Positions 25,584 through 35,645 of a stretch of 47,537 nt of DNA are shown here, piece after piece. A model generated the notes under the pieces. The model did no database searches. It saw nothing but the letters and a program-made list of their open reading frames with translations, and was not told where the DNA came from. Position 1 is the stretch's first letter; each line of letters begins with the position of its first letter. A program made the translations under genes and the position numbers. This DNA is from Candidatus Eiseniibacteriota bacterium (GTDB taxonomy: Bacteria; Eisenbacteria; RBG-16-71-46; DASYSL01): NCBI GenBank assembly GCA_046598045.1, contig JBKJJJ010000077.1:1-47537 (forward strand). Direction: 5' to 3'.

Positions 25584-27428
25584 CTACCGTGCAATATCCG
25601 AGCCAGTCTCGGCCCTGGAGGTCGACAGTAGACCGTAGCTTGGGTCCAGGAAGGCTGTCCGGATCACCGACAGGGGCGCGCGGCCCATCCCGAGGAACCG
25701 GTCATGAAACTCCCCGAGGACGAACCGGTCGCCCATGCGGGCCTTGACCTCGCCGCGCAACCTTTGGATTTCCCACTTCCCGAGCGTGTACACGAGATAG
25801 GTCGGGTCGGAAGTGCCGCGGCGCGCTTCCCGCTCGGCGTTGACGCGCGCCATGTAGGCTTCCTTCTGAAAGAACTCCGTGCCCTGGTCCTGCGTCCAAC
25901 CGTTGACGTGCATCTCGATGCCCACGATGTAGCGCCCGATGCGCTGGAGCGCCAGGTTGAGCATGGCCATCTCGTAGCGCGGATCGCCGTCGCCGTAGCC
26001 CTGCTCGATCGCCATCTCCTCGCAGTAGTGCGCCCAGCCCTCGGAGTTCGAGCCCGAACCCATCAGTGTGCGCACCAGCGACGGCACCTCCTTGAGATGG
26101 AGGAACTGGTAATAGTGCCCCGGGAAAGCCTCGTGGATCGACACCACCTCGAGCTGCCACGGGTTGAAGAAGCCGAGATGCTCGGCCTTCTTGTCCGCCG
26201 ACCACGACGAGTCGACGGGCGTGACGTTGTAGTAGGCCTCGTTGGCATGCTTCTCGAACACCCCGGGCGAGTCCATGCTGGCGAAGGAGAGGCTGCGGTT
26301 GAAGATCGGCGTCTCGATGACGTTCAGGTTCTGGTTCGTCGGCGGCGTCAGGATCTTCCTGTCCGCGATGAAGCGCCGGATCTTGTCGAGCCCGGCGCGC
26401 GCCATGATCAGCAGCGAGTCCTCCGACGGGTGGTGCGTGGCCATGTCGGCGAGCACCTGCTGCGGCGTCTTCGCCGGGTCGATGCGGCGCGCCACCTCGA
26501 CCATGCGGCGGTGGTTCTCCGCCAGCGCCACATAGCCCCGGGCGAGCAGGGTGTCCACGCTCTCACCCACCATCTCGTCGTCGGAGAGCTTTTCCTGGTA
26601 GGCCTTCTTGCCGATGCGAAATTCGCCGTTGGAACGCGGCATCAGGTCGGTTTCGAGCCACTTTGCGTAGCGTTCGACCTCGGCGATGGCGGCCGCGTTG
26701 CGGCGCGCGAACGTCGCCCTGAGCGCCGGGTTGTGCGCTCCGGCCACACCGGCGGGCAGCAGGTCCTTGAGGAAGCTCACCAGGCCCCGGGTCTGGCCGA
26801 GCGCGATCTCGGTGTAGATCTTCGGCGGGTTCTCGAGGTTGGCCCGCGCGTCGGCGAACACGCGCGGCACTTCGGCGAGGCGGGCGTTGATCGCCGCCAG
26901 CCGGGTATCCACCGGCGCGAAGTCGCGCTTGACCAAGCCATACAGCCCGCCCGAGACCACGCCCGCGTACAGGCCGGGGCTGTGCTGCCACGCGCGGATG
27001 GTCTCGAGCTCGAGCTCGATCCCGCGCATCTTCGCGATGAAGATCTCCTGGTCGAGTCGACGGTTCGGGCTCAGATGGTCGGCCTCGATTCCCTGCGCGC
27101 GTGCCAGGAACTGGCGCCCGCGCGCCAGCCGGGCAAGCACCGCGGCATGCGAGGTGGCGTCGAGCCGGTGGTCGTAGGCATGGATCCCCACACCGGTTGC
27201 CCACGACGGGCGGTTCACCAGCTCGCCGGCGAACCACCCGTCGATCATGCGGTCGAAGCGCACATCGTCGGCGGTCTTGGCGGGCTCGTGCGCGGCCGGG
27301 CGGTAGGCCGGGAGCAACCGCCCAGGGGCCGTGGCCGCCGCGTGTGCGCGGGGCGCCACGATGGCGCTAGGCAGCAGGAGCAGGGCGAGGGCAACGGTCC
27401 AGGTGCGGGCTCGGGCAGCGAAAAGCAC
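25584..27428 (-). CDS. DUF885-family secreted protein (putative metallopeptidase-like)
   Basis: Signal peptide; HEAFPGHYYQ, EGWAHYCE, Y..GK..I..LR, FHDRFL motifs; GGAGG ahead of the GTG at 27428. Confidence 0.88.
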   Translation of the reverse strand: MLFAARARTWTVALALLLLPSAIVAPRAHAAATAPGRLLPAYRPAAHEPAKTADDVRFDRMIDGWFAGELVNRPSWATGVGIHAYDHRLDATSHAAVLARLARGRQFLARAQGIEADHLSPNRRLDQEIFIAKMRGIELELETIRAWQHSPGLYAGVVSGGLYGLVKRDFAPVDTRLAAINARLAEVPRVFADARANLENPPKIYTEIALGQTRGLVSFLKDLLPAGVAGAHNPALRATFARRNAAAIAEVERYAKWLETDLMPRSNGEFRIGKKAYQEKLSDDEMVGESVDTLLARGYVALAENHRRMVEVARRIDPAKTPQQVLADMATHHPSEDSLLIMARAGLDKIRRFIADRKILTPPTNQNLNVIETPIFNRSLSFASMDSPGVFEKHANEAYYNVTPVDSSWSADKKAEHLGFFNPWQLEVVSIHEAFPGHYYQFLHLKEVPSLVRTLMGSGSNSEGWAHYCEEMAIEQGYGDGDPRYEMAMLNLALQRIGRYIVGIEMHVNGWTQDQGTEFFQKEAYMARVNAEREARRGTSDPTYLVYTLGKWEIQRLRGEVKARMGDRFVLGEFHDRFLGMGRAPLSVIRTAFLDPSYGLLSTSRAETGSDIAR

Positions 27429-27585
27429 GTGACCTCCTCGGGCGAAGCCGGGCAAGCGTGGTCGGGCGGGACACACCAGGCAGGTCGGCGTGTATTAGGG
27501 CTGGCCTCGGGGGCCGGAGAACGCGAGTCTAGGAGGGTACCCCCGGAGCGTCAAGCCGCCCGCCGGGTCCTATCGGCAAGGAGGA

Positions 27586-28731
27586 GTGCCCATTTTGGCC
27601 AGATTTTCGATTTCACCGGTCGTTCGGTCCGCTTTTGCTGCCGTCTTGACCGTGGTCGTGGCCGCGCTCCTGCCGCCGGCAGCCCCCGCGCCCGCTCCCG
27701 GAACGGCCTGGGCCGCCGCCGATCCCGACACGGCGCGCGCCCACCGCTACTACCGGCAGGGCCTCGCGTTCTACGGCGAGGGGCGCTACATCGAGGCGCT
27801 GACGCAATTCCAGAACTCGACGTTCTTCGACCCCGAGGGCAGCGAGGTGCGCTTCGCCCAGGGGCTGTGCCTGCTCAAGCTCGGCGAGCCGGCGCAGGCC
27901 AGGGGGCAGTTCGAGCATGCCCTCGCGGCCGCGCCGGACCACGCGAGCGCGCATTACAACCTCGGGCTCGCGCTGATCGCCCTGGCCGACACGACCGGCG
28001 CGCGCCAGCACCTCTTGCGTGCATCCGCGCTCGCGCCCCGGACACCGGGCCTCCATCGCGCCCTCGGGAAACTCGCGGAGCAATCGGGCGACCTGCCAGG
28101 CGCGGTGTCCGAGCTCCGGCTCGAGCGCGTCGCCAGCCCCGACAGCGCGAAGACGCACGCCGAACTCGGCCGCGTGCTCGCGCGCGCCGGCCAGCCCGAC
28201 AGCGCGCTGGTCGCGCTCGAGCGGGCGGTCGCGCTCGACCCGAGGCTGCTCGATGCGCGCATCGAGCAGGCGCGCGCGTACGAGGCGCTCGCGCGTCCGC
28301 TCGATGCGGCCGCGTCCTGGGGAGCGGCGGCGGGGCTCGACAGCATGCGCGCGGACCTGCGCGCGGCGCAGGGCGTCGCGCTCTTCCGCGCCGGCAGGTC
28401 GGCCGAGGCGGCGCCTTTGTTCGAGCGCGCGGCCCGGCTCGATCCGCGCGACGCGCGCAGCGAGTTCAACCTGGGCGTGGCGCTCGAGGCGATGGCCCGG
28501 CAGGACGACGCGCTCGCGGCCTACCGGGCCGCGAGCGCGCGCGATTCTTCGTATGCGGATCCGTGGCTCAATGCAGGGGCGCTGCTGGCGCGGCTGGGGC
28601 GCAAGCCCGAGGCTCGCGAGGCGTTCGAGCGCTACCTCGCGCTCGCGCCGACTTCCCCGCGCGCAGCGGAAATCAGGCGCGCGGTTGCGGCGCTCACCCC
28701 ACCTTCGAAGAAACCCCGAAAGACTTCCTAG
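27586..28731 (+). CDS. Exported tetratricopeptide-repeat protein
   Basis: Hydrophobic N-terminal segment then about 9 TPR units (AHYNLGLAL, ERAVALDP, FERYLALAP). The start may be the TTG at 27595. Confidence 0.85.
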   Translation: MPILARFSISPVVRSAFAAVLTVVVAALLPPAAPAPAPGTAWAAADPDTARAHRYYRQGLAFYGEGRYIEALTQFQNSTFFDPEGSEVRFAQGLCLLKLGEPAQARGQFEHALAAAPDHASAHYNLGLALIALADTTGARQHLLRASALAPRTPGLHRALGKLAEQSGDLPGAVSELRLERVASPDSAKTHAELGRVLARAGQPDSALVALERAVALDPRLLDARIEQARAYEALARPLDAAASWGAAAGLDSMRADLRAAQGVALFRAGRSAEAAPLFERAARLDPRDARSEFNLGVALEAMARQDDALAAYRAASARDSSYADPWLNAGALLARLGRKPEAREAFERYLALAPTSPRAAEIRRAVAALTPPSKKPRKTS

Positions 28732-29259
28732 CTAGCGGCAGATCCCGTCGCCGCTGCCCTGCGGCACGAGCGCGCCGATGAGCGGACGGTAGCCTGCGGG
28801 CGCCGGCCCGGACTCGGGCTCGCGCGCTTCCGCGATGAGTCGGCTGCGCTCAGCGCGGGACAGCGCGACCGTCAGCTCCGCCGGGGAGCCGGCCTCGCCG
28901 CCTGTCGGGGCGATGGCGACCGCGGCCTGGGCATCGGTCACGCCGAGCGACAGCGCGGACCAGTCCGGCTCGTTGCGGCTGGCGGCCTTGGTGGGCGCGG
29001 TCTGGTTCGTCGCCGATTGCACCGCAAAGGTCGGCACGGGCGCGATCAGGTTCCACGACGCACTCGGACGATCCGCGGAAGCGATGGCACCCGGCGCGGC
29101 GTTGGCCGCGGCATGCCGGGGTGCGGCGTTGCGCACGAAGGCAAAAGCGGCGAGCGCGGTGGCGAGCGCGCACAGCGCGACGACCAGGATCAGCAATTTG
29201 CGGGACTGCGGCCGGGTCGCGGCCACGGCGACGGTGTGATGGGCAAGAGGTCGAGCCAT
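28732..29259 (-). CDS. Hypothetical membrane-anchored protein
   Basis: GGAG ahead of the ATG at 29259; one hydrophobic helix; Ala/Pro-rich body; ends GSGDGICR. Confidence 0.55.
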   Translation of the reverse strand: MARPLAHHTVAVAATRPQSRKLLILVVALCALATALAAFAFVRNAAPRHAAANAAPGAIASADRPSASWNLIAPVPTFAVQSATNQTAPTKAASRNEPDWSALSLGVTDAQAAVAIAPTGGEAGSPAELTVALSRAERSRLIAEAREPESGPAPAGYRPLIGALVPQGSGDGICR

Positions 29260-29593
29260 GGTGCTCACTCCATGCGATGCGTAGGCGTAAGGGTCCACAC
29301 CCGGTGCGCCGAGGCGGCAGCGTCCCTTGATTGTGCTCCCGTGCGCGCGCCGCTCACAAGCCCGATGTGCCCCGACGCGTCCGACTGGACACTTCGCGCG
29401 CGTCCCCGCGGACACGCGTTCCGGGGCGACGGCGCACGTTTGGAGCCAACCCCGCTTGCGGCAAGCGCTTGACGATCTGGCACGAGACGTGATGTAGACC
29501 TGCCGCAAGGCGCCGGATCGACCGTTCGGGCACGGACCTGGCCGGGGAAACGCCCCGGTCGGGGATCGACCGGCGCCGCCAGCGGAGATCGCA

Positions 29594-30361
29594 ATGAACG
29601 AAGCAACGGAATCGCAGCGCCTCGCGCGCGCGGGTGGGGCGCAGGGCTTCGTACCCGCGGCGGCCCTGCTCGCGCTCGGCCTGGTCGGCGCGGCGTGGAT
29701 GCTGGGCGCCTACGCGATGGGTTTCGCGAACAGCCGCGCCACGATCACGGTCACGGGCTCGGCGAAGAAGACGATTCGCGCCGACCTGGCCGTGTGGCGC
29801 GGGTCGTTCAACGCGCAATCGCCCCGCATCGAGGACGCCTATGTCGAGCTCGAGGCCTCGGCGAAGCGCGTGCGCGCCTACCTCGTGGGCAAGGGCTGCG
29901 CGGATTCCGCGCTGGTGTTCTCGCAGGTCCAGACCCAGACGCTGTTCACGCGCAGCGCGAACGGCATGGAGACCGGCCAGGTCGAGGGCTACCGCCTGGC
30001 GCAGACGGTCGAGGTGCGCTCGCAGGACGTCGCTCGCATCGGGACGCTCGCGCGCGAGGCCACCGAGCTGATCCGCCAGGGCGTGCGCTTCGAGTCGAAC
30101 GCGCCCGAGTACCTCGTGACCGGGCTGGCGGATCTCAAGGTCGAGATGCTCGCCGCCGCCACGCGCGACGCCCGCGCGCGTGCTGCCGAGATGGCGAAGA
30201 ACGCGGGCTCGTCGATCGGGCGGTTGCGCTCGGCCCGGATGGGGGTGTTCCAGGTCACGCCGGCGAACTCGACCATGGTGACGGATTACGGCATCAACGA
30301 CACCTCGTCGCTCGAGAAGGACATCACGTCGGTGGTGTCGGTGAGCTTCGAGATCCGGTGA
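29594..30361 (+). CDS. SIMPL (DUF541) domain periplasmic protein
   Basis: ITVTGSAKKTIRADLAVW, LKVEMLAAATRDARARA, ARMGVFQVT…GINDTSS.EK motifs. Confidence 0.88.
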   Translation: MNEATESQRLARAGGAQGFVPAAALLALGLVGAAWMLGAYAMGFANSRATITVTGSAKKTIRADLAVWRGSFNAQSPRIEDAYVELEASAKRVRAYLVGKGCADSALVFSQVQTQTLFTRSANGMETGQVEGYRLAQTVEVRSQDVARIGTLAREATELIRQGVRFESNAPEYLVTGLADLKVEMLAAATRDARARAAEMAKNAGSSIGRLRSARMGVFQVTPANSTMVTDYGINDTSSLEKDITSVVSVSFEIR

Positions 30362-31125
30362 TGGGCGTGCAAAGGCTCACTTCATGGATCGTAACTGCGG
30401 GCCTGATGGGGGCTCCGGCGATCTCTCACGCATCGTGCGAGAGCATCGTGATCGTTCAGTCGCGGGAATTGGAATTTTGGTACACGGACGCGACGTCGGA
30501 CGGAGGCATCGTCAAGGGCGACTCCGCAGATGCTGCGCATTTCGAGAGGCTGGCCCACGCGCTGGCAACTGCGTACCGGGCGTGGAGCTACATGTCGGTG
30601 AACTCGTGCGAGGCGGGTACGCCGCCGAGACATTACCTCCACCTGCAGGCGCGATCCACGCTGGAGAAGTCGGAGCAGGCGGAGCCCCACGGGAGAAAGG
30701 ACATTGGGGCGTATCCAGGGCTCGCGGAACACTTCGCCGAATTCGAGCGCGGGCCTGCTTGCAGCCTCTGGACGTGTGACGTGGTCCACCTGTCGCGCGC
30801 GACCGCGGCAGAGTCCGCGGCAGCCCTGCTGCGCGCGCCCCGCGTGCCGCAGTGGTTGTACGAGCGCAGTGACCCCGACAGCGACGTTCGTTGGTTTCAT
30901 GAATCGTGCTCCGGCGACGTGGAGGTCGGGGCGTTCCTGGATCCGCAAACGGAGGGCCCCGGCCGGGCTCGCGTCTGCTATGGCCTCTTCTTCAGCCCGC
31001 AAGACGCGGAGGCCACGGCCGAACGGCTCGAGCTCCTTCGGGGCCAAAGGATCAGGCTTCGAAGGATTCGGGTGGATGGCGCGTTGTTGAGGCGGATCCT
31101 GCAGGATGCGGATGAGATCGAGTGA
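30361..31125 (+). CDS. Hypothetical secreted protein, possibly with a SPOR-like C-terminus
   Basis: TGATG coupling to SIMPL; signal-like N-terminus; RVCYGLFFSPQDAEATAERL resembles a SPOR repeat; codon usage looks atypical. Confidence 0.55.
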   Translation: MGVQRLTSWIVTAGLMGAPAISHASCESIVIVQSRELEFWYTDATSDGGIVKGDSADAAHFERLAHALATAYRAWSYMSVNSCEAGTPPRHYLHLQARSTLEKSEQAEPHGRKDIGAYPGLAEHFAEFERGPACSLWTCDVVHLSRATAAESAAALLRAPRVPQWLYERSDPDSDVRWFHESCSGDVEVGAFLDPQTEGPGRARVCYGLFFSPQDAEATAERLELLRGQRIRLRRIRVDGALLRRILQDADEIE

Positions 31126-31133
31126 TAACAGAA

Positions 31134-31159
31134 CGGGCCGGGGATCGCTCCCCGGCCCG
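31134..31159. terminator. Hairpin between convergent genes
   Basis: CGGGCCGGGGA-tcgc-TCCCCGGCCCG, a perfect 11-bp stem. Confidence 0.65.
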
Positions 31160-31186
31160 CGCTGCGTCACATACCAGCCCCGCGAA

Positions 31187-33319
31187 CTAGATCTTCACCA
31201 GCTTGCTGCGCAGCGACTCCGAGCCGGCGGTCACCAGCACGTGGTAGACGCCCGCGCGCAGGTTCGCACCGTCGATCGTGACGTCGAGCGAGCCACCCGC
31301 GACCTTGCCCGTCGCGAGCGAGTGCACCAGGCGTCCCGCGTTGTCATAGAGCGCCACGCGATAGTCCGCACCCAGGAGGCGCGCCGGCACCGCCAGCGCG
31401 AGCGAGGTGCTGCCCACGAACGGCGAGGACATGCGACGAATCGCGAACTCGGTCGAGACGCTCGAGCCGGCGCCGTAGGCGACGTAGCCGAGCACGTTCT
31501 CGCGGCCGCGCAGGTCGACCTGGCGGATTTCGTAGCCGATCGCGCCGGCGTGAACGTCGGTATCGAGGAAGCTGTACGAGCCCGCCGCGCCGACCTCTGC
31601 CGGAATCATGCTGGTCGAGGCCAGTTCGTACGAACCGGCGCCGAGCTTGCGGTAGACGTTGAAGCCGGCCACCTGGTCCTGCGCGATCGTGGCCCACGTC
31701 ACCGATACGCCCTTGCCGCTTTCGTCCGCGACCGCGTCGAGCGTCTGCAACTGTGCCGGCACGCTCTGGCCGAAGCCGTAGAGGATGACCACTTCACCGG
31801 CGTCGGTCCGATTCTGCGAGAACGAATCGCTGCCCGGCACGCCCATCGCGAGCTCGAGCTTGCCGTCGGCGTCGAGGTCTCCCATGTCCATGATCGAGCC
31901 CGCCCGGTCTCCCGAAAACGCGCCGATCACCCGCACGTTGATGGCAGTCGTGACGTTATTGGTCATGTCGGGGGTCGAGGTGCGAAGGCCGCCGAAGAAC
32001 AGGTAGATCTCACCGCACGAGAGGCGTGAGTTGGCGTTGCCGTCGGCCAGCGTGGCGTCGAAGGCGAGATCATCCTTGCCGTCGCCGTCCATGTCGCCGC
32101 CGATCACGCAATTGCCGAGCAGGTCGCCGGTTTCGGTGCCAAGGAAGCCCTTGCCGATGCCCGCAATGCCGGCGAGCAGGTCGGTCGAGGCCGGCCACGA
32201 GCCACGCACCTTGCCGTAGATCAGGTAGACCTCACCCGAGTTGATCTTGGCATTGGAGACGCCGTCGCCGAGCGGTTCGCCGACCACGAGATCGCCGAAG
32301 CCGTCGCCATCGTAGTCCGCGACCGCCACGCCCGTGCCGGCATTGTCGCCCGCATCCGCACCGGTGACCATGACGTCGGCATTGGTCGCGAGGTCCTTGT
32401 ACGAGCCCATCGCGAGCTTCGAGCGGCCCCAGATCACAGCCACTTCGCCGCCTTGCGCGCGGGCGTTCGCCGGACCGCCGCCGTTCGGCACGCCGACCAC
32501 GATGTCATCGAAACCGTCTTTATCGAGGTCGCCGCACGCGAGCGCGCGGCCGGCCAGGTCGCCGGCATCGGCGCCGTCGATCAGCACGACCAAACCGAGG
32601 TCCACGGCGCCGCCTTCGGGCCGCGGGCCACCCCAGAGCAGGTTGACGCCGCCACAAGCGTTCCGCCCGTTGGCCGGGCCGTCCATGCTCGAGCCGCCGA
32701 TCAGGAGATCGGCCGCGCCGTCCGCGTCGACATCGCCGACGGCGAGCGAGATGCCCGAGTTGTCGAACGGATCCGCCCCGTAGACAACCACGTCGCGCTG
32801 GGTGACCGAGGTGATCCCGGTCCACGCCGCGCGCGCACGGCCGTAGAAGATATAGACCTCGCCGCAATCCTGCCGAATGTTGCCGGGACCGTCGCCAAGA
32901 GCGGCGCCGATCGCCAGGTCCGCGCGGCCGTCCTTGTCGAAGTCGCCGGCCACCACGAAAATACCGGTCTGGTCGCCGGTGTCGGCGCCGTCGATGTGGA
33001 CGTCGGACTGGGAGACCAGGTCCTTCGAGGCCCCGAGGTTCGCGCGGGTGTTGCCCCAGATGATGTCGACCGAGCCCGAGTTCGCCTTGACGTTGCCGAG
33101 GCCGTCGGTGCCGATCGAGCCGATGATGATGTCCCTGTAGCCGTCGCCATCGAGATCGGCCATGGCAACAGCCCGCCCGGTCGCGTCGAAGACATCGGCT
33201 CCGTAGACCGTGAAACCCGCGTTGGTGAGCAGGTCGATGTCGAGTGCCCGGGCCTGGGGGGCAATGCCCGCAACCAAAAGCGCGCCCAGCAAGAGCGCGA
33301 CATAGTGACAACGTCTCAT
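31187..33319 (-). CDS. Secreted FG-GAP (integrin-alpha beta-propeller) protein with a C-terminal FlgD/T9SS-like domain
   Basis: GGAGG RBS; signal peptide; seven DxDxDGxxD Ca-binding FG-GAP repeats; LYDNAGRLV…AGVYHV…KLVKI tail. Confidence 0.88.
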   Translation of the reverse strand: MRRCHYVALLLGALLVAGIAPQARALDIDLLTNAGFTVYGADVFDATGRAVAMADLDGDGYRDIIIGSIGTDGLGNVKANSGSVDIIWGNTRANLGASKDLVSQSDVHIDGADTGDQTGIFVVAGDFDKDGRADLAIGAALGDGPGNIRQDCGEVYIFYGRARAAWTGITSVTQRDVVVYGADPFDNSGISLAVGDVDADGAADLLIGGSSMDGPANGRNACGGVNLLWGGPRPEGGAVDLGLVVLIDGADAGDLAGRALACGDLDKDGFDDIVVGVPNGGGPANARAQGGEVAVIWGRSKLAMGSYKDLATNADVMVTGADAGDNAGTGVAVADYDGDGFGDLVVGEPLGDGVSNAKINSGEVYLIYGKVRGSWPASTDLLAGIAGIGKGFLGTETGDLLGNCVIGGDMDGDGKDDLAFDATLADGNANSRLSCGEIYLFFGGLRTSTPDMTNNVTTAINVRVIGAFSGDRAGSIMDMGDLDADGKLELAMGVPGSDSFSQNRTDAGEVVILYGFGQSVPAQLQTLDAVADESGKGVSVTWATIAQDQVAGFNVYRKLGAGSYELASTSMIPAEVGAAGSYSFLDTDVHAGAIGYEIRQVDLRGRENVLGYVAYGAGSSVSTEFAIRRMSSPFVGSTSLALAVPARLLGADYRVALYDNAGRLVHSLATGKVAGGSLDVTIDGANLRAGVYHVLVTAGSESLRSKLVKI

Positions 33320-33603
33320 CGGATCCCTCCTCCAATCGAGGACATGCAGCAGGAACGGCGCAGGAGTAGCAGCACGATGTCGCGAAGACTCAGAGCGGGG
33401 GAAGGCCTCAGACGCAGCAGGCAGACCGCGCCGATCCTCCTTTCGGGGGAGCAAAGATAAAGCTGCAAAAATCAGGATCCGTCGAGATTTTCCAGCGGGG
33501 CTACGGTACACCCTGACAGGGGTGTCGTCAACGCGTCGACCGTCAAAACCCTGTCAGGCGGCTGGTTTTTTAGGTCCGTAGGCGGGCCCCCCCGCCACGG
33601 GCC

Positions 33604-34335
33604 TCAGGGGCGGGGGACGACGTCCCGGACCAGCATCATCGGATCGCCCACCTTGAGCGCGCCGGTCGAGTAGTACGACTGGGCGTATTTAACGCCGATC
33701 GCCCCCGCGTCGCGGCGGGCGTAGATCTCGAACCAATCCAGGATCGAGGCCGGGCCGCTGGCCGGCTTGGGCTTTTCCGGGTTGAAGAACTGGCTCTTGT
33801 GGACCTCGAGCGCCCGGCGCCACTCCTCGTAGTGGTCGCTGACGTCGACCAGGAACGTGGGCGGTGTCCCGGCCGGCAGGAAGTAATAGAAGATCGCCTT
33901 GGCCTGCCAGGGTTCGCCCTCGATCGGCATCTTCCGTAGGTGCGAGAAATTGAAGCCCTGGGAGACCAGGATGCCGGTCTTGAAGTGGTCGTTGTGGCCC
34001 AGCCCGCGCCCGATCGGGAGGTTGTAGTAGGGCGCGAAGATGATCTGCGGCTGGTGCTTGCGAATCGCCTGCGCGACCTTGCAGCGGTTTTCGAACGTGT
34101 CCTCGACGCGGCAATCGCCCATGTCGAGCGTCTCACGCACGTCGAGCTTGAGGATTTTCGCGGCCTCGGCGCACTCCTGGTCCCGCTCCTCGGGCGTGCC
34201 CCAGCCCATATCGCCGCGGGTCATGTCGATGATGCCGGTGGTGTAGCCGAGGGACTTCATCTTGAGCAGCATCCCCCCGCACCCGATCTCGGCATCATCG
34301 GGGTGGGGGCCGAACGCGAGAATGTCGATCGCCAT
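33604..34335 (-). CDS. bshB1: PIG-L family deacetylase, BshB1-like
   Basis: DILAFGPHPDDAEIGCGG, IDMTRG, HNDH and HKSQF motifs. Substrate assignment is by similarity only. Confidence 0.7.
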   Translation of the reverse strand: MAIDILAFGPHPDDAEIGCGGMLLKMKSLGYTTGIIDMTRGDMGWGTPEERDQECAEAAKILKLDVRETLDMGDCRVEDTFENRCKVAQAIRKHQPQIIFAPYYNLPIGRGLGHNDHFKTGILVSQGFNFSHLRKMPIEGEPWQAKAIFYYFLPAGTPPTFLVDVSDHYEEWRRALEVHKSQFFNPEKPKPASGPASILDWFEIYARRDAGAIGVKYAQSYYSTGALKVGDPMMLVRDVVPRP

Positions 34336-34539
34336 GCGGGGCATCCTAGGAAATGGGGTGGGGGCTTGACCAGCGAAACTCGAACTCCGGTTGGATGCAC
34401 CCCGATCGCGAGTCATGCGCGCACGCCGGCGGATGATTAATCTCGAGCCCCCGCAGTCTGCTGTTGTCCGCATCGTCCCTGCTGCCCGAAGATACGTCCC
34501 GTTCCCACAACTGATCCACGCCCGCCAGGGAGGTCCGCG

Positions 34540-35220
34540 ATGGAGTACCAGCCGCCGGAAGCGCCCGCGCCCGTGTCGTCTCCGGCCGTGATTCCGTGGG
34601 AGGAGCCCGGCCCGCCCTGGCCGCAGCGCCTGATCGCGACCCTCCAACTGCTGTTCACGCGTCCGCGCGAGGCATTCGAGCGGATGCCCCTCGACAGCGA
34701 GCTGCTCAAGCCGTTCCTGTTCGCGCTCATCGTGGGCTCGGTCGGGTGGGTGGCGCACCTGTTCTGGGACACGCTCACGCGTGGTGCGATGCGCGGCCTG
34801 ATGCCCGGCAACATGCAGGCCCAACGCTTCGAGATGCCGCTCGCGCTCGTTCCGTTCGTGGCCCTGTTTTCGCCCGCGATCGTGGCCGTCGGCCTGCTGA
34901 TCACCGCGGCGATCGACCACCTGTTCCTGCTCATCGTCGGCGGCGCGAAGCAGGGCTTCAACGCGACCCTGCGCGCGACCTGTTATGCGCTGGGCAGCCA
35001 GGTGCTCCTGCTCCTGCCCGTCTGCGGCGGGTTGCTCGCCGGCGTCGCGGGGATCGCGTTCACGATCATCGGTTTCTCCGCGGCCCATCGCATCTCGATC
35101 GCGCGGTCCGCGCTCGGCGTGCTGCTGCCGATCGTCTTTTGCTGCGTGTGCGTGGGCATCGCGCTGGTGACCGTCGGGTCGGCGCTGTTCTCCCATTTCG
35201 GGCCCGGCGGGTGGAAGTGA
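34540..35220 (+). CDS. YIP1-family membrane protein
   Basis: IPWE…LLFTRPREAF N-terminus, five hydrophobic helices, F.ATLR…Y, P.CG; GGAGG RBS. Confidence 0.8.
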   Translation: MEYQPPEAPAPVSSPAVIPWEEPGPPWPQRLIATLQLLFTRPREAFERMPLDSELLKPFLFALIVGSVGWVAHLFWDTLTRGAMRGLMPGNMQAQRFEMPLALVPFVALFSPAIVAVGLLITAAIDHLFLLIVGGAKQGFNATLRATCYALGSQVLLLLPVCGGLLAGVAGIAFTIIGFSAAHRISIARSALGVLLPIVFCCVCVGIALVTVGSALFSHFGPGGWK

Positions 35221-35645
35221 GCGTGTCCCCGGGTGCGTGGGGCGTGTCCTTCCGGCGCGCCGGGCGCGCGGATCGCTCGCTCGCCTGGGTGGGCACGTTC
35301 GGGTTCGCCTCGGTCCTCGCGCTCTCCCCGTGGCTGTCGGCCCTGGCGCGATTCGCGCCGGCGTGCCCGTTTCACGCGCTGACCGGCATGCCGTGCCCGG
35401 GGTGCGGCGCCACGCGCGCGGCGCTCGCACTCGCGCGCGGCGACGTTGCGGGGGCGCTGGCGTGGAATCCGCTCGCCACACTCGCGCTCGTCGGCGGACT
35501 CGCGGCGGCCGCGCTGGCTCCGGCGTGGGTCGCGCTCGAGGGCCCGCTGCCCGTGCTCGCTCCCGTGTTGCCCGCGCGGGCGCGCGCCGCGCTGGTGGCG
35601 ATGATCGCGCTCGACTGGGCCTATCTCGTGACGCGGGGAGTCTGA
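35217..35645 (+). CDS. DUF2752-domain membrane protein
   Basis: CPFHALTGMPCPGCGATRA…A..WNPL signature; GTGA overlap with the upstream gene. Confidence 0.88.
   Translation: MSVSPGAWGVSFRRAGRADRSLAWVGTFGFASVLALSPWLSALARFAPACPFHALTGMPCPGCGATRAALALARGDVAGALAWNPLATLALVGGLAAAALAPAWVALEGPLPVLAPVLPARARAALVAMIALDWAYLVTRGV

Noticed and set aside
25704..28781. Long alternative ORFs such as 162..2105, 10049..12268, 25704..28781 and 38899..41151
   Set aside because: Arg/Ala/Gly-rich shadow frames overlapping genes with clear family motifs; expected in very GC-rich DNA.
29478..29495. Sigma54 promoter before the SIMPL gene (TGGCACGAGACGTGA)
   Set aside because: Lacks the conserved -12 GC.
34530..34560. 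Fluoride riboswitch for crcB (GCGATGGAGT)
   Set aside because: The match is the YIP1 start codon; the pairing partner and the downstream conserved segment are missing.
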